A stretch of DNA of 36,252 nt from Candidatus Nealsonbacteria bacterium. GTDB lineage: Bacteria > Patescibacteriota > Minisyncoccia > Minisyncoccales > JAGMDC01. Below, in pieces: positions 18,381-26,380 of this stretch; position 1 is the first letter of the stretch, and each line of letters opens with the position of its first letter. A program made the translations under genes and the position numbers. The stretch spans positions 1-36,252 of the forward strand of contig DAOWLG010000030.1 in NCBI GenBank assembly GCA_030643485.1. The letters are read 5' to 3'. Under the pieces are notes generated by a model. That model was given only the letters and a program-made list of their open reading frames with translations, did no database searches and was not told the DNA's origin.

Positions 18381-19565
18381 ATGTCAATAATTATTATTCC
18401 TTTGATTATTATCGCTGTAATTATATCTTTTTTCTATATCGGGCAATTCCCCACAGGAGATTGGGAATTTTTGCGACAAGGAATTTTCCCTCAAATTCAA
18501 GAACCTTCTTCAAAAAAGCAAACCTATTACAAAAAACCAACTGAACCAACAACACCTGACGAGCCGACAGAACCCACGGAACCCAAAAAATCCTCTATTT
18601 TAATTGATACTTTCATAACCGCTGGCCCGAAAAAAGGAGAATTAATAAAAGAAACAAATAAGGTAACTTTTGAATTTGAAGGAAAAATCACTGCGGAACA
18701 ATCTGACCAGCAAATATCATTTGAAACAAAAGTTATAGGGCTTGACGACAACTGGAAAAAAACTTGTTCCCAAAAAAGAACAATAATCCTGCCTTCTGGT
18801 CCTCAAGAATATACTTTCTTGGTAAGGGCAAAGATAGAGGATTCGGTTGACCCTACTCCTGCTGGCAGAACTTTTAACATAAATGTTTCTCCTTATTTTG
18901 AGAAAGTAAAAATCTTTAATGTAAAAGTTAAAACTTCTTCTAAACCCTCTTTAATAACCATAACCGCACAAATTAAAAAACAAGAGGAAATTAACTTTAC
19001 TGACTGGGAAATTAAAGGAAAAAGAGGAAAATTTACTATCCCGCAGGGGATAAAATATTATCACTCTCTTTTTGGTAATACTCCCAGGGATAATATTGTC
19101 GTAAAACCGGGAGATGTAATATATATATCCAGCGGCATAAATCCTTTTGGCAAAGGTAAAAATTTTAAGCCCAATAAGTGTTTTGGCTATTTGAGCAAAT
19201 TTTATTACTTCCCTATTTCTGTGCCAACAGGAAGATGTCCAGGTCCAAAAAAAGAAGAACTTTCTAGTCTAAGCGCTTGCTGCGAAGAATTTATTCTTGA
19301 TTTGAAAACCTGCGAAATCCCAAGTTATTCTCAAAACTTAAAAATAGCGACCGACTCAGAATGCACAACTTATTTGAATGAAAATTTTAACTATAATGGT
19401 TGTTTTAGAAATTTTTCCAAAGATAAAAACTTTTTGAAAAACAACTGGCATATTTACCCGGGCAAAAATATTGTTGCTAGCGAGGAACGGGATATATTGT
19501 ATTTACGGGACCAAAACGGTCTTTTCGTAGATAAACATTCCTACGGTTGCCGCGTCTGCAAATGA
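18381..19565 (+). CDS. Membrane-anchored extracellular Cys-rich protein
   Basis: N-terminal TM, PTEPTTPDEPTEP linker, Ig-like DTFITAGP...YTFLVRA...DPTPA segment, lamin-tail-like LRDQNGLFVD end. Confidence 0.7.
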   Translation: MSIIIIPLIIIAVIISFFYIGQFPTGDWEFLRQGIFPQIQEPSSKKQTYYKKPTEPTTPDEPTEPTEPKKSSILIDTFITAGPKKGELIKETNKVTFEFEGKITAEQSDQQISFETKVIGLDDNWKKTCSQKRTIILPSGPQEYTFLVRAKIEDSVDPTPAGRTFNINVSPYFEKVKIFNVKVKTSSKPSLITITAQIKKQEEINFTDWEIKGKRGKFTIPQGIKYYHSLFGNTPRDNIVVKPGDVIYISSGINPFGKGKNFKPNKCFGYLSKFYYFPISVPTGRCPGPKKEELSSLSACCEEFILDLKTCEIPSYSQNLKIATDSECTTYLNENFNYNGCFRNFSKDKNFLKNNWHIYPGKNIVASEERDILYLRDQNGLFVDKHSYGCRVCK

Positions 19566-19867
19566 ATAACTTCGGCTAATACTTCCTTGGCTGTTCCCTG
19601 TTTTTGAAAAAATTTTATCCCTTTCTCTTTCAAAGCATTTGCCATATTTTCACCTATAGTCCCGGCAATTACAATCTCAATATCTTTATCTCCAAGCATT
19701 TTAGCCACGGCGAATCCTACGCCGCCTCCGCCAATGGCAAACGGGTTGGAAATTACCTCTAAAAGCTCCTCTTTTTCATTAAAAATTAAAAAATACGGGG
19801 TTCGTCCCGCCAAGGAACTTATTTCCGCATTTTCATTTTTGTTAATTGTGGCAATAGCAATTTTCAT
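19541..19867 (-). CDS. NifB/NifX-family (FeMo-co-binding-like) protein
   Basis: MKIAIA...GRTPYFLIF...NP...GGG.G...VIAGTIGENM..AL. Confidence 0.88.
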   Translation of the reverse strand: MKIAIATINKNENAEISSLAGRTPYFLIFNEKEELLEVISNPFAIGGGGVGFAVAKMLGDKDIEIVIAGTIGENMANALKEKGIKFFQKQGTAKEVLAEVIHLQTRQP

Positions 19868-19894
19868 AATAAAGTAATAGGAAGCCCGCCTTCC

Positions 19895-20401
19895 TTAATT
19901 TTTAACAATTTTGTCGACCACGATTCCATTGATAATGGAAAATAAAATCATATAAAAAGTAAGTATTATGGTAAAAGGCAAACCAAAATAATAAATCATT
20001 ATAGGCAGGAGAGGAATTTTAATCGCCCGATTGTAAAGAAAGGCGGCAATAAAAGAATTTTTCATTCCTTTTTCCTTTAACTCGCTAAGCAAGGGATACC
20101 ACATATAGATAGGTCCGCTTGATAAAATCCCTCCGGCAATTGATATAAACCAGCCCTTAATTCCAGCGCTCTCTCCAACAAGTCTTGCTATCTTTTTAGA
20201 ATCAAGAAAAAGATTTGAAAGAAACATAAAAATAAATACTAAAATAAATACTGGAATAATTTTCTGAAGAATATCCAGAAATCCAATAAATGCGTGTTTT
20301 GCCAAGTCAAAGTCTACAAAGCACACAACTAAATATAAAACTATAACAATCACAAAAAAAATCCAGCTTGGTTCAATTTTTTCCAAAATTTTATTTATCA
20401 T
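19895..20401 (-). CDS. Permease (DUF318-like), half 2
   Basis: Multi-TM, GILSSGPIYMWYPLL..L..KG; start MINKILEK at 20401 overlaps the upstream stop. Confidence 0.8.
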   Translation of the reverse strand: MINKILEKIEPSWIFFVIVIVLYLVVCFVDFDLAKHAFIGFLDILQKIIPVFILVFIFMFLSNLFLDSKKIARLVGESAGIKGWFISIAGGILSSGPIYMWYPLLSELKEKGMKNSFIAAFLYNRAIKIPLLPIMIYYFGLPFTIILTFYMILFSIINGIVVDKIVKN

Positions 20402-20823
20402 ACAATTGATAGCGTAGAAATAGTTAAAATAGCGACTATTAGCGCTGTTACAAAACTCGCAATATTTCTTGTTACCGCGAATCTTTTTCCAAGCATTAAG
20501 GACTCTGCCGGCAACTGAATTATGCCAACAGTAACCCAAGCCAAAATAAAAGCAGTGATGGCAATCAAACTAATTCCTTGTTTTAATAGTTCTCCTCCTA
20601 TAATATAACTGGTTATCGGGTTCCCGGCGGCTATACTTCCAAATATCGCGCCGAACAACGGATCTATAATTTTATCGCCGGTAAAAATATTTGCGTAAAA
20701 ATTTTTTGGTATCGCTACAAGAGACAAACTCACAAGCAAAATCATACCTAAAATAATCGGCAGAACCTGCCTGAAACTATTTGCTGTTTTTACAAAAGAT
20801 TTTTTTGTATTCAAAAGTGTCAT
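20398..20823 (-). CDS. Permease (DUF318-like), half 1
   Basis: Multi-TM, GSIAAGNPITSY, AWVTVG..QLPAE...LG..F...RN. Confidence 0.8.
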   Translation of the reverse strand: MTLLNTKKSFVKTANSFRQVLPIILGMILLVSLSLVAIPKNFYANIFTGDKIIDPLFGAIFGSIAAGNPITSYIIGGELLKQGISLIAITAFILAWVTVGIIQLPAESLMLGKRFAVTRNIASFVTALIVAILTISTLSIV

Positions 20824-20888
20824 ATTAATAATAGTGTATTTTCATTATACCAAAAAATTGCCAAAATAACGATTTTTTGTTCATTTAT

Positions 20889-20920
20889 CTATTCCAATAT
20901 TCTCAAAAATTTGAGAATAC
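20889..20920. repeat. Palindrome family C, copy 1 (encodes the ArsR C-terminus)
   Basis: CTATTCCAATATTCT-CA-AAAATTTGAGAATAC. Confidence 0.75.
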
Positions 20921-21179
20921 TTTGGCCTCGGTCTGTAACTTTGTGCCTAACGTGAGATCCGTCTGACCGTTTTATTACCAAACCGGCAATAGCTAATCGC
21001 CTGATATGCTCTGATGCGGTTTTAAAATTTATCTCTAATTTTCTTGTGATATCAATCACTGAAAGTTCTGGTTCTCTTTTCAAAAGTTCCAAAATCTCAA
21101 TCCTTCCATGATTGGCAAAACCCTTAACAATTCGCTCTAATTGATGATAACTCTTTTGTTTATTTTTATTCTTTACCAT
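20889..21179 (-). CDS. ArsR-like winged-helix regulator
   Basis: GFANHGRIEILELL...LSV..I...L.INFKTASEHIRRL..AGLV. Confidence 0.85.
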   Translation of the reverse strand: MVKNKNKQKSYHQLERIVKGFANHGRIEILELLKREPELSVIDITRKLEINFKTASEHIRRLAIAGLVIKRSDGSHVRHKVTDRGQSILKFLRILE

Positions 21180-21263
21180 ATTAAATCTATCAAATTTACT
21201 ATTGAAATTAAAGTATTAAAATATCATTAAAATCACCATTAAGGTATTATAGCAAAAAGAATC

Positions 21264-21299
21264 AACTATTCCAATGTTCTTGAGAACATTGGAATAGTT
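21264..21299. repeat. Palindrome family C, copy 2
   Basis: AACTATTCCAATGTTCT-TG-AGAACATTGGAATAGTT, perfect 17-bp arms. Confidence 0.9.
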
Positions 21300-21352
21300 T
21301 TCTGTTTAACTTCCGAGAAAAACTTAAATTGAAAACCTTTTTTCAAACTCTC

Positions 21353-21390
21353 TAACTATTCTCAAATTCTCAAGAATTTGAGAATAGTTA
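21353..21390. repeat. Palindrome family C, copy 3
   Basis: TAACTATTCTCAAATTCT-CA-AGAATTTGAGAATAGTTA, perfect 18-bp arms. Confidence 0.9.
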
Positions 21391-21471
21391 ATGCCAACCT
21401 TCCTTTAAGTTAATTCTTTGACTTTTTTAAAATAAGCAATCCTCATAATGAATTTTATCAAAATCTCTATT

Positions 21472-21723
21472 TTAACCATTTATTGTCATATCCTTAAATT
21501 CTAAATCGCTTTCTCCCGAACCCCTGCAATCAATTCTTAATACAGCTATGTTTTCATTCGTCAAAGGTTTTATAGAATTATTTACAAAAGGATAGTACTC
21601 TTTGGCATCCTTAAAACCATGAATTATAATAACTACTGGCGGCTTCATTTTTTTTGGCAAGGATAACAAACCTGCAATTTTCTGATTTTTTTTATTATAA
21701 AATTCTACTTTTTGTTGTTTCAT
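21472..21723 (-). pseudogene. Truncated alpha/beta hydrolase
   Basis: From ATG 21723: PVVIIIHGF...VLRIDCRGSGESD..F.DMT, stopping before any G-x-S-x-G nucleophile motif. Confidence 0.75.
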
Positions 21724-21728
21724 ATTAT

Positions 21729-22928
21729 TTAAGAAACGCTCCTTAAACAAATGTCGCAGGCGCCGCAATTTTTTTTGGAAAATTTTTCTCCAAAATATCC
21801 AAGCAAAAATTTCCTTCGGCAAGTTCGGGTTTCGCAATATTCTACGACCTGATTAATCTTGCCTTGGACATTCAATCGCTGTTCAAGATTTTCAATCTGT
21901 CCAAGAAAATATTCATGCTTCATCTTATCCCCGTAAGAATAAAACAAAACGCATTCACTGGCAAGCCCGTCTCTGCCTGCGCGTCCGATTTGTTGATAAT
22001 ATTCTTCAAGTGTTTTAGGAAAAGTATAATGGATAATCAAACGAACATCTGGTTTATCAATACCCATCCCAAAAGCAATAGTGGCAACTATTATCCGAGC
22101 GCCGTCTTTAATAAACATTTCCTGAGTGCGCTTTCGGGTTTCTTTATCTAAACCAGCATGATATGGTAACGCGTTAAACCCGTTCTCCCTTAAATTTTTT
22201 GCAATATGTTCGGTATCCTTTCTGGAAAAACAATAAATAATTGCTGATTCGTCTTTGTGTTTTTCAAGAATTTGAACAATCTTGTAAAAAGTATTATAGC
22301 CTTTTTTTTGAAAAACAAAAAAGCTAAGATTTTTCCTGTCAAGACTGGAAATGGATATTTTGGGCTTGTCCAAAGAAAGCTGTTTTACAATATCTTCTCT
22401 TACTATTGGTGTAGCAGTAGCGGTAAGCGCAATCATAGGAACTCCTGGAAATCGCTTTTTAAGAAATTTAAGGTTGCGATAATCAGGACGAAAATCATGT
22501 CCCCATTCAGAAATACAATGCGCTTCATCAATAGCAATTAGATCTATTTTAAGTCCTTGTAAAAATCCCTGAAAATTTTCCAATGCCAACCGTTCCGGAG
22601 CCACATAAAGAATTTTAATTTTGCGTTCCATAAGTTGCTTTTGAATCTGGAAAATTTCTTTTGAAGCAAGAGATGAATTAATATACTCGGCTGCAATGCC
22701 ATTGGATTTCAAAGCGTCAACCTGATCTTTCATTAAAGAAATAAGAGGAGAAACAACTAATGTAAGCCCTTCAAATTTCAAAGCCGGTAATTGATAACAA
22801 AGCGACTTTCCTCCTCCCGCGGGCATTATTACAAAAGAATCTTTTCGCTCTAAAACATCAGTAATAATTCTTTCCTGAAAAGGCCTAAATTTTTTATGTC
22901 CAAAATAAGTGTTTAACAATTCCTGCAT
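21729..22928 (-). CDS. recQ: Short RecQ helicase (core + Zn domain only)
   Basis: MPAGGGKSLCYQLP, DEAHCISEWGHDFRP, ATIAFGMGIDK, QIGRAGRDG, CRR...CGACDIC at the C-terminus. Confidence 0.93.
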   Translation of the reverse strand: MQELLNTYFGHKKFRPFQERIITDVLERKDSFVIMPAGGGKSLCYQLPALKFEGLTLVVSPLISLMKDQVDALKSNGIAAEYINSSLASKEIFQIQKQLMERKIKILYVAPERLALENFQGFLQGLKIDLIAIDEAHCISEWGHDFRPDYRNLKFLKKRFPGVPMIALTATATPIVREDIVKQLSLDKPKISISSLDRKNLSFFVFQKKGYNTFYKIVQILEKHKDESAIIYCFSRKDTEHIAKNLRENGFNALPYHAGLDKETRKRTQEMFIKDGARIIVATIAFGMGIDKPDVRLIIHYTFPKTLEEYYQQIGRAGRDGLASECVLFYSYGDKMKHEYFLGQIENLEQRLNVQGKINQVVEYCETRTCRRKFLLGYFGEKFSKKNCGACDICLRSVS

Positions 22929-22944
22929 ATTAAATCATTATATC

Positions 22945-22973
22945 AAAAAACCGCCTATATTAAAAGGCGGCTT
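22945..22973 (-). terminator. Terminator after the DUF5320 gene
   Basis: Minus strand AAGCCGCCT-loop-AGGCGGTTTTTT. Confidence 0.7.
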
Positions 22974-22997
22974 CGCGATTTTTACCAACTCATTTCT

Positions 22998-23231
22998 TTA
23001 TTTTTGTTCTTTAAGTTCGGCTAATCGCTCTTTTATGGCTTTCAATTCTTGTTCTAAATCTTCTACATCTTCGTCTAATAATTCTTTTTCTTCTTTTTTA
23101 GTAAAAGATCTTCTCCATCCAAATCCGCGTCCAAATCCTCCTCCCCAGCCAAATCCATCGCCGCAGGGACCCATTCCCCTGCCAGTTCGCGGACCATAGC
23201 CCATAGGGCCTGTTCTATCTCTAAAAGGCAT
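22998..23231 (-). CDS. DUF5320-like Gly/Arg-rich protein
   Basis: MP..D.TGP.G.GP.TGRG.G.C followed by a C-terminal coiled coil. Confidence 0.88.
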   Translation of the reverse strand: MPFRDRTGPMGYGPRTGRGMGPCGDGFGWGGGFGRGFGWRRSFTKKEEKELLDEDVEDLEQELKAIKERLAELKEQK

Positions 23232-23245
23232 AATAATTTTTATTT

Positions 23246-23275
23246 ACCCCCACACTTATACATAAGTGTTGGGGT
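23246..23275. repeat. Hairpin in the DUF5320 leader
   Basis: ACCCCCACACTTAT-ac-ATAAGTGTTGGGGT. Confidence 0.7.
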
Positions 23276-23324
23276 TTAATCAATAACAACAGGATAATCC
23301 CCGACTAATGGACTATCTAATATG

Positions 23325-23353
23325 AGTATAAACCAATAACTATGCCGTGTCAA
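23325..23353 (-). promoter_or_regulatory. Sigma70 promoter for DUF5320
   Basis: Minus strand TTGACA-17-TATACT. Confidence 0.75.
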
Positions 23354-23358
23354 TCTTT

Positions 23359-24141
23359 TTATTCTCCTTGTTCGCTGTTCTTTTCTTTTAATATCTTTTT
23401 GCCCATTCCTTCAAATGCTCTTAAAATTTCCAGAGGCATGGCAAAGACAATGGTATTTGATTTGTCAGAGCTAATGTCATTAATGGATTGAAGAGTTCTT
23501 AAATGAAGAGCGCCGGTTGCTTCAGATAAAGTTCGCGCGGCTTTTGCCATATTATCAGCGGCAATTACTTCCCCTTCTGCCTTAATCACTATTGCTCTTT
23601 TTTCTCTTTCAGCTTCTGCCTGTTTGCCTATGGTTCTTTTCATTTCTTCCGGTAGAGTAATATCTTTTAATTCCACATTATCAACCTTGATACCCCAAGG
23701 GTCAGTAGCCTTGTCAATAACATCTCTAATGCTTCCTGAAACCTTGTCTCTCTGGGAAAGAAGCTGGTCCAAATCCACCTGGCCAACGGCATTTCTCATT
23801 GTGGTCTGGGCTAACTGAGAAATAGCATAGTAAAAATTTTCTACCTCTAAAACCGCTTTGTCTGCGTCTTTTACTTTGTAATAGATAACAGCGTTGACGC
23901 TCACTGAGATATTGTCTTTAGTTATCGCTTCCTGATTTGGCACATCTACTGCTTTAACCCGCAAATCAATTTTTTGGTAAAACTGAATTATCGGCAAAAC
24001 CAATCTCCAGCCGGGCTCCATTAAACCAGAATATTTGCCCAAAGTGAACTTAACTCCGTTTTGATACTGATTAATCTGCTTAATGGAAACCAGAATAATA
24101 AATGCGATTATTGATAAAATAAAATATGTTGTATTTATCAT
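23359..24141 (-). CDS. SPFH/band 7 (slipin/stomatin-like) protein
   Basis: N-terminal TM, ITKDN.SV.VNAV.YY, AQTTMRN..G, WGIKV..VELKD, QAEAERE.RA. Confidence 0.93.
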   Translation of the reverse strand: MINTTYFILSIIAFIILVSIKQINQYQNGVKFTLGKYSGLMEPGWRLVLPIIQFYQKIDLRVKAVDVPNQEAITKDNISVSVNAVIYYKVKDADKAVLEVENFYYAISQLAQTTMRNAVGQVDLDQLLSQRDKVSGSIRDVIDKATDPWGIKVDNVELKDITLPEEMKRTIGKQAEAEREKRAIVIKAEGEVIAADNMAKAARTLSEATGALHLRTLQSINDISSDKSNTIVFAMPLEILRAFEGMGKKILKEKNSEQGE

Positions 24142-24258
24142 ATTTTTTATATGTTTTTAACATCAATCATTTACTTAATTCGACCTTTTATATTTTTCTA
24201 TTTTACCAAATCTTATTTATTAAATCAAGAAAATATACAAGATGAGATTTAGATTTTA

Positions 24259-24292
24259 TCTATTCTAATATTCTCAAGAACATTGGAATAGA
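24259..24292. repeat. Palindrome family C, copy 4
   Basis: TCTATTCTAATATTCT-CA-AGAACATTGGAATAGA; both mismatches are G-T pairs. Confidence 0.88.
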
Positions 24293-24450
24293 CAATTGCT
24301 TTGATGTTTTTTGATTTACGGCGAAACCGTTGAAACTAATAGAAGGAATCAATAAAGGATTGACCCAGATAAATTATTCTTGAAAAGTGAAACCATCTAG
24401 AATAGATGGTTTTTTTTGTATTTTGTCTAAATTTATTGTATCATTTAACA

Positions 24451-25224
24451 ATGAAACAGGATTCTACAATAAGGCAAAATATTCCCTGGTTTGAAACTGA
24501 TTATCAAAAGAAAAAAGACTGGCAGAAGAGAAAATCTTCTCATTATGTTTTTCATTATTTTAAAAATTCTTTGGCCGAAAAGGATATTAAAAGGATTATT
24601 GCAGTTCAAGAACGAAGTTATAAAAAGATATTGAGAATTCTAAAATTGAAAAATGAAAGAAAGATAAATTATTATTTATATCCCTCAAAAAAAACAAAAC
24701 AAATCTTAATGGGAGATGACGGGTATGGAAATGCTATCTGGTTAGAAATTAAAAAAAGAAAGGTTTGGGTTTCCAAAAAATTTGAAGTTCACTCCATTTA
24801 CAATAATAAAATTCAATGTATAGGACCCCATGAAGATACTCATTTGCTTTCTTTGCCTTGGGGAGTTTCCATATTTTTATTTTCCGAGGGTTTGGCTGAA
24901 TTTATGGATAAAAAGTGGTGCGGTAAAGATATAGATATTTGGGCGAGAAAATACTTGAAAGAAAATAAACTTTATTCTATAAAATTTTTACTGGAAAATA
25001 AAAATTGGGATAAAGTCAATAATATGATTGTCTATCCTCAGTCAGGTTCTTTTGTAAGATATTTAATAAATACTTATGGAATGGGAAAATTCAAAAAAGC
25101 GTATAAAGGAACTTCGCGTCAAAAAATACTAAAAGAGAATATTAAGATAATGGAAATAATTTATTTGAAGCCGATAGAAGAAATGGAAAAAAATTGGAAA
25201 AAGCATTTAGGGGTAGAATATTAA
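24451..25224 (+). CDS. Gluzincin (peptidase MA-like) metallopeptidase
   Basis: HEDTH, FSEGLAE, Y..SGSFVRYLI..YG; ATG 24451 preferred; no signal peptide. Confidence 0.8.
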   Translation: MKQDSTIRQNIPWFETDYQKKKDWQKRKSSHYVFHYFKNSLAEKDIKRIIAVQERSYKKILRILKLKNERKINYYLYPSKKTKQILMGDDGYGNAIWLEIKKRKVWVSKKFEVHSIYNNKIQCIGPHEDTHLLSLPWGVSIFLFSEGLAEFMDKKWCGKDIDIWARKYLKENKLYSIKFLLENKNWDKVNNMIVYPQSGSFVRYLINTYGMGKFKKAYKGTSRQKILKENIKIMEIIYLKPIEEMEKNWKKHLGVEY

Positions 25225-25232
25225 AATTTCCA

Positions 25233-25261
25233 TTGACAAATTGTGGGTAATTTGAGAAAAT
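25233..25261 (+). promoter_or_regulatory. Putative sigma70 promoter
   Basis: TTGACA-17-GAAAAT. Confidence 0.5.
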
Positions 25262-25268
25262 AGAGATA

Positions 25269-25361
25269 GTGAAGAATAGAAGTTTCATAATTTTCAAAAA
25301 AGGAGATTTCCTTAACCCTGAAACAAGAGGGGATTTAGGTAATTGCTTTGATGTTTTTTAA
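25269..25361 (+). CDS. Candidate 30-aa peptide
   Basis: GTG at the predicted +1; MKNRSFIIFKKGDFLNPETRGDLGNCFDVF*. No independent support. Confidence 0.25.
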   Translation: MKNRSFIIFKKGDFLNPETRGDLGNCFDVF

Positions 25362-25374
25362 TTGTGAAAATCCA

Positions 25375-26373
25375 ATGCAGCGCATTGGATTTTTATTTAG
25401 AACAATGGTAAATTTATTTAATCCAAGTCAAAAGCCAATATCAAAATTTGAAGTTGGTGATAAATCAAAAAAAGATTATACAAAGCCATTAAGTCTTAAT
25501 GATCTTTGTGTAACTTACAGAGAGAGCGTTGAAGAAAATCTAAAAGATATTGAATCTATTCTAAAAGATGTTGGCGTAGATGAGCCTGTTATTATTTCTT
25601 CTTACAAGAACATTCTTATTTCTTCGTGCAGAAATCTTATAGAGAAATGGCTATCTAAGAGAAAATATACAAGAACTTTGTTTGTTAAAGAGGCGTTTTC
25701 TGATTTTTATCCAGATAAATATACAAAGATATCCCTTTACATAGATGCTCTCATTAATATATTAGACGATTTATTAGATGAAAAAATAGGTGAAAAAGAA
25801 AAAAAATATTATATTGTTGAATTTTTGAGAGTTTTTGCTTTGTATAACCAAGAGCAACCTTCCAAAAAAATTCAAATTGCTATGGGACATTATTTTAACA
25901 AATTTATCGCCTTAGCAATAGCAGAAGGCGGTTATAAGAACATTATAAAGAAAGAGATAGATATGGAAAAAATTGTAAAATATTCAGCAAAAAGTTACGG
26001 TATTCGCAGTTTGGATATAGATGTTTTTAATCAGATTGCTCTTATTGAATACAAAAAACAAGATAAAGAAATTGAAAAGATAAAAAAAATAGGAAGAATA
26101 TTTAGAGCAGTGAACATAATTAGAAAAGATATTGAAGATATAGAATACGACACAAAAAACAATATGGAAAGCATTATTACGGTAATAGTAAATAAAAAAG
26201 AATGTGATTTTCATAAGTATGTTTTAACTTTAATAGATCATTACATTGACAAGGCAAGAAAAATAAAGTTAGAAAATTTCACTGAAAGAAAATTCGCGAC
26301 TCCCATAAATAATTTTTATAATATGATAGAGATAAATAAAAAAGAAATTAAAAAAAGGATAAAATTTTTATAG
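25375..26373 (+). CDS. Class I isoprenoid-synthase-fold (trans-prenyltransferase/ComQ-like) protein
   Basis: Predicted all-helical; KRKYTR, ILDDLLDE (DDxxD), Y..R, and a degenerate second motif RKDIEDIEYD. Start uncertain (25348/25375/25405). Confidence 0.7.
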   Translation: MQRIGFLFRTMVNLFNPSQKPISKFEVGDKSKKDYTKPLSLNDLCVTYRESVEENLKDIESILKDVGVDEPVIISSYKNILISSCRNLIEKWLSKRKYTRTLFVKEAFSDFYPDKYTKISLYIDALINILDDLLDEKIGEKEKKYYIVEFLRVFALYNQEQPSKKIQIAMGHYFNKFIALAIAEGGYKNIIKKEIDMEKIVKYSAKSYGIRSLDIDVFNQIALIEYKKQDKEIEKIKKIGRIFRAVNIIRKDIEDIEYDTKNNMESIITVIVNKKECDFHKYVLTLIDHYIDKARKIKLENFTERKFATPINNFYNMIEINKKEIKKRIKFL

Positions 26374-26380
26374 GATTATT

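Noticed and set aside
18535-18585. Tandem repeat in the PTEPTTPDEPTEP region
   Set aside because: Ordinary low-complexity linker with degenerate DNA.
19541-19867. Nitrogen fixation
   Set aside because: Stand-alone NifX-like domains are widespread and no nifHDK is present.
21264-21390. Mini-CRISPR from two ~36-bp repeats 53 bp apart
   Set aside because: Only two units with divergent arms, fully palindromic, and with dispersed copies elsewhere.
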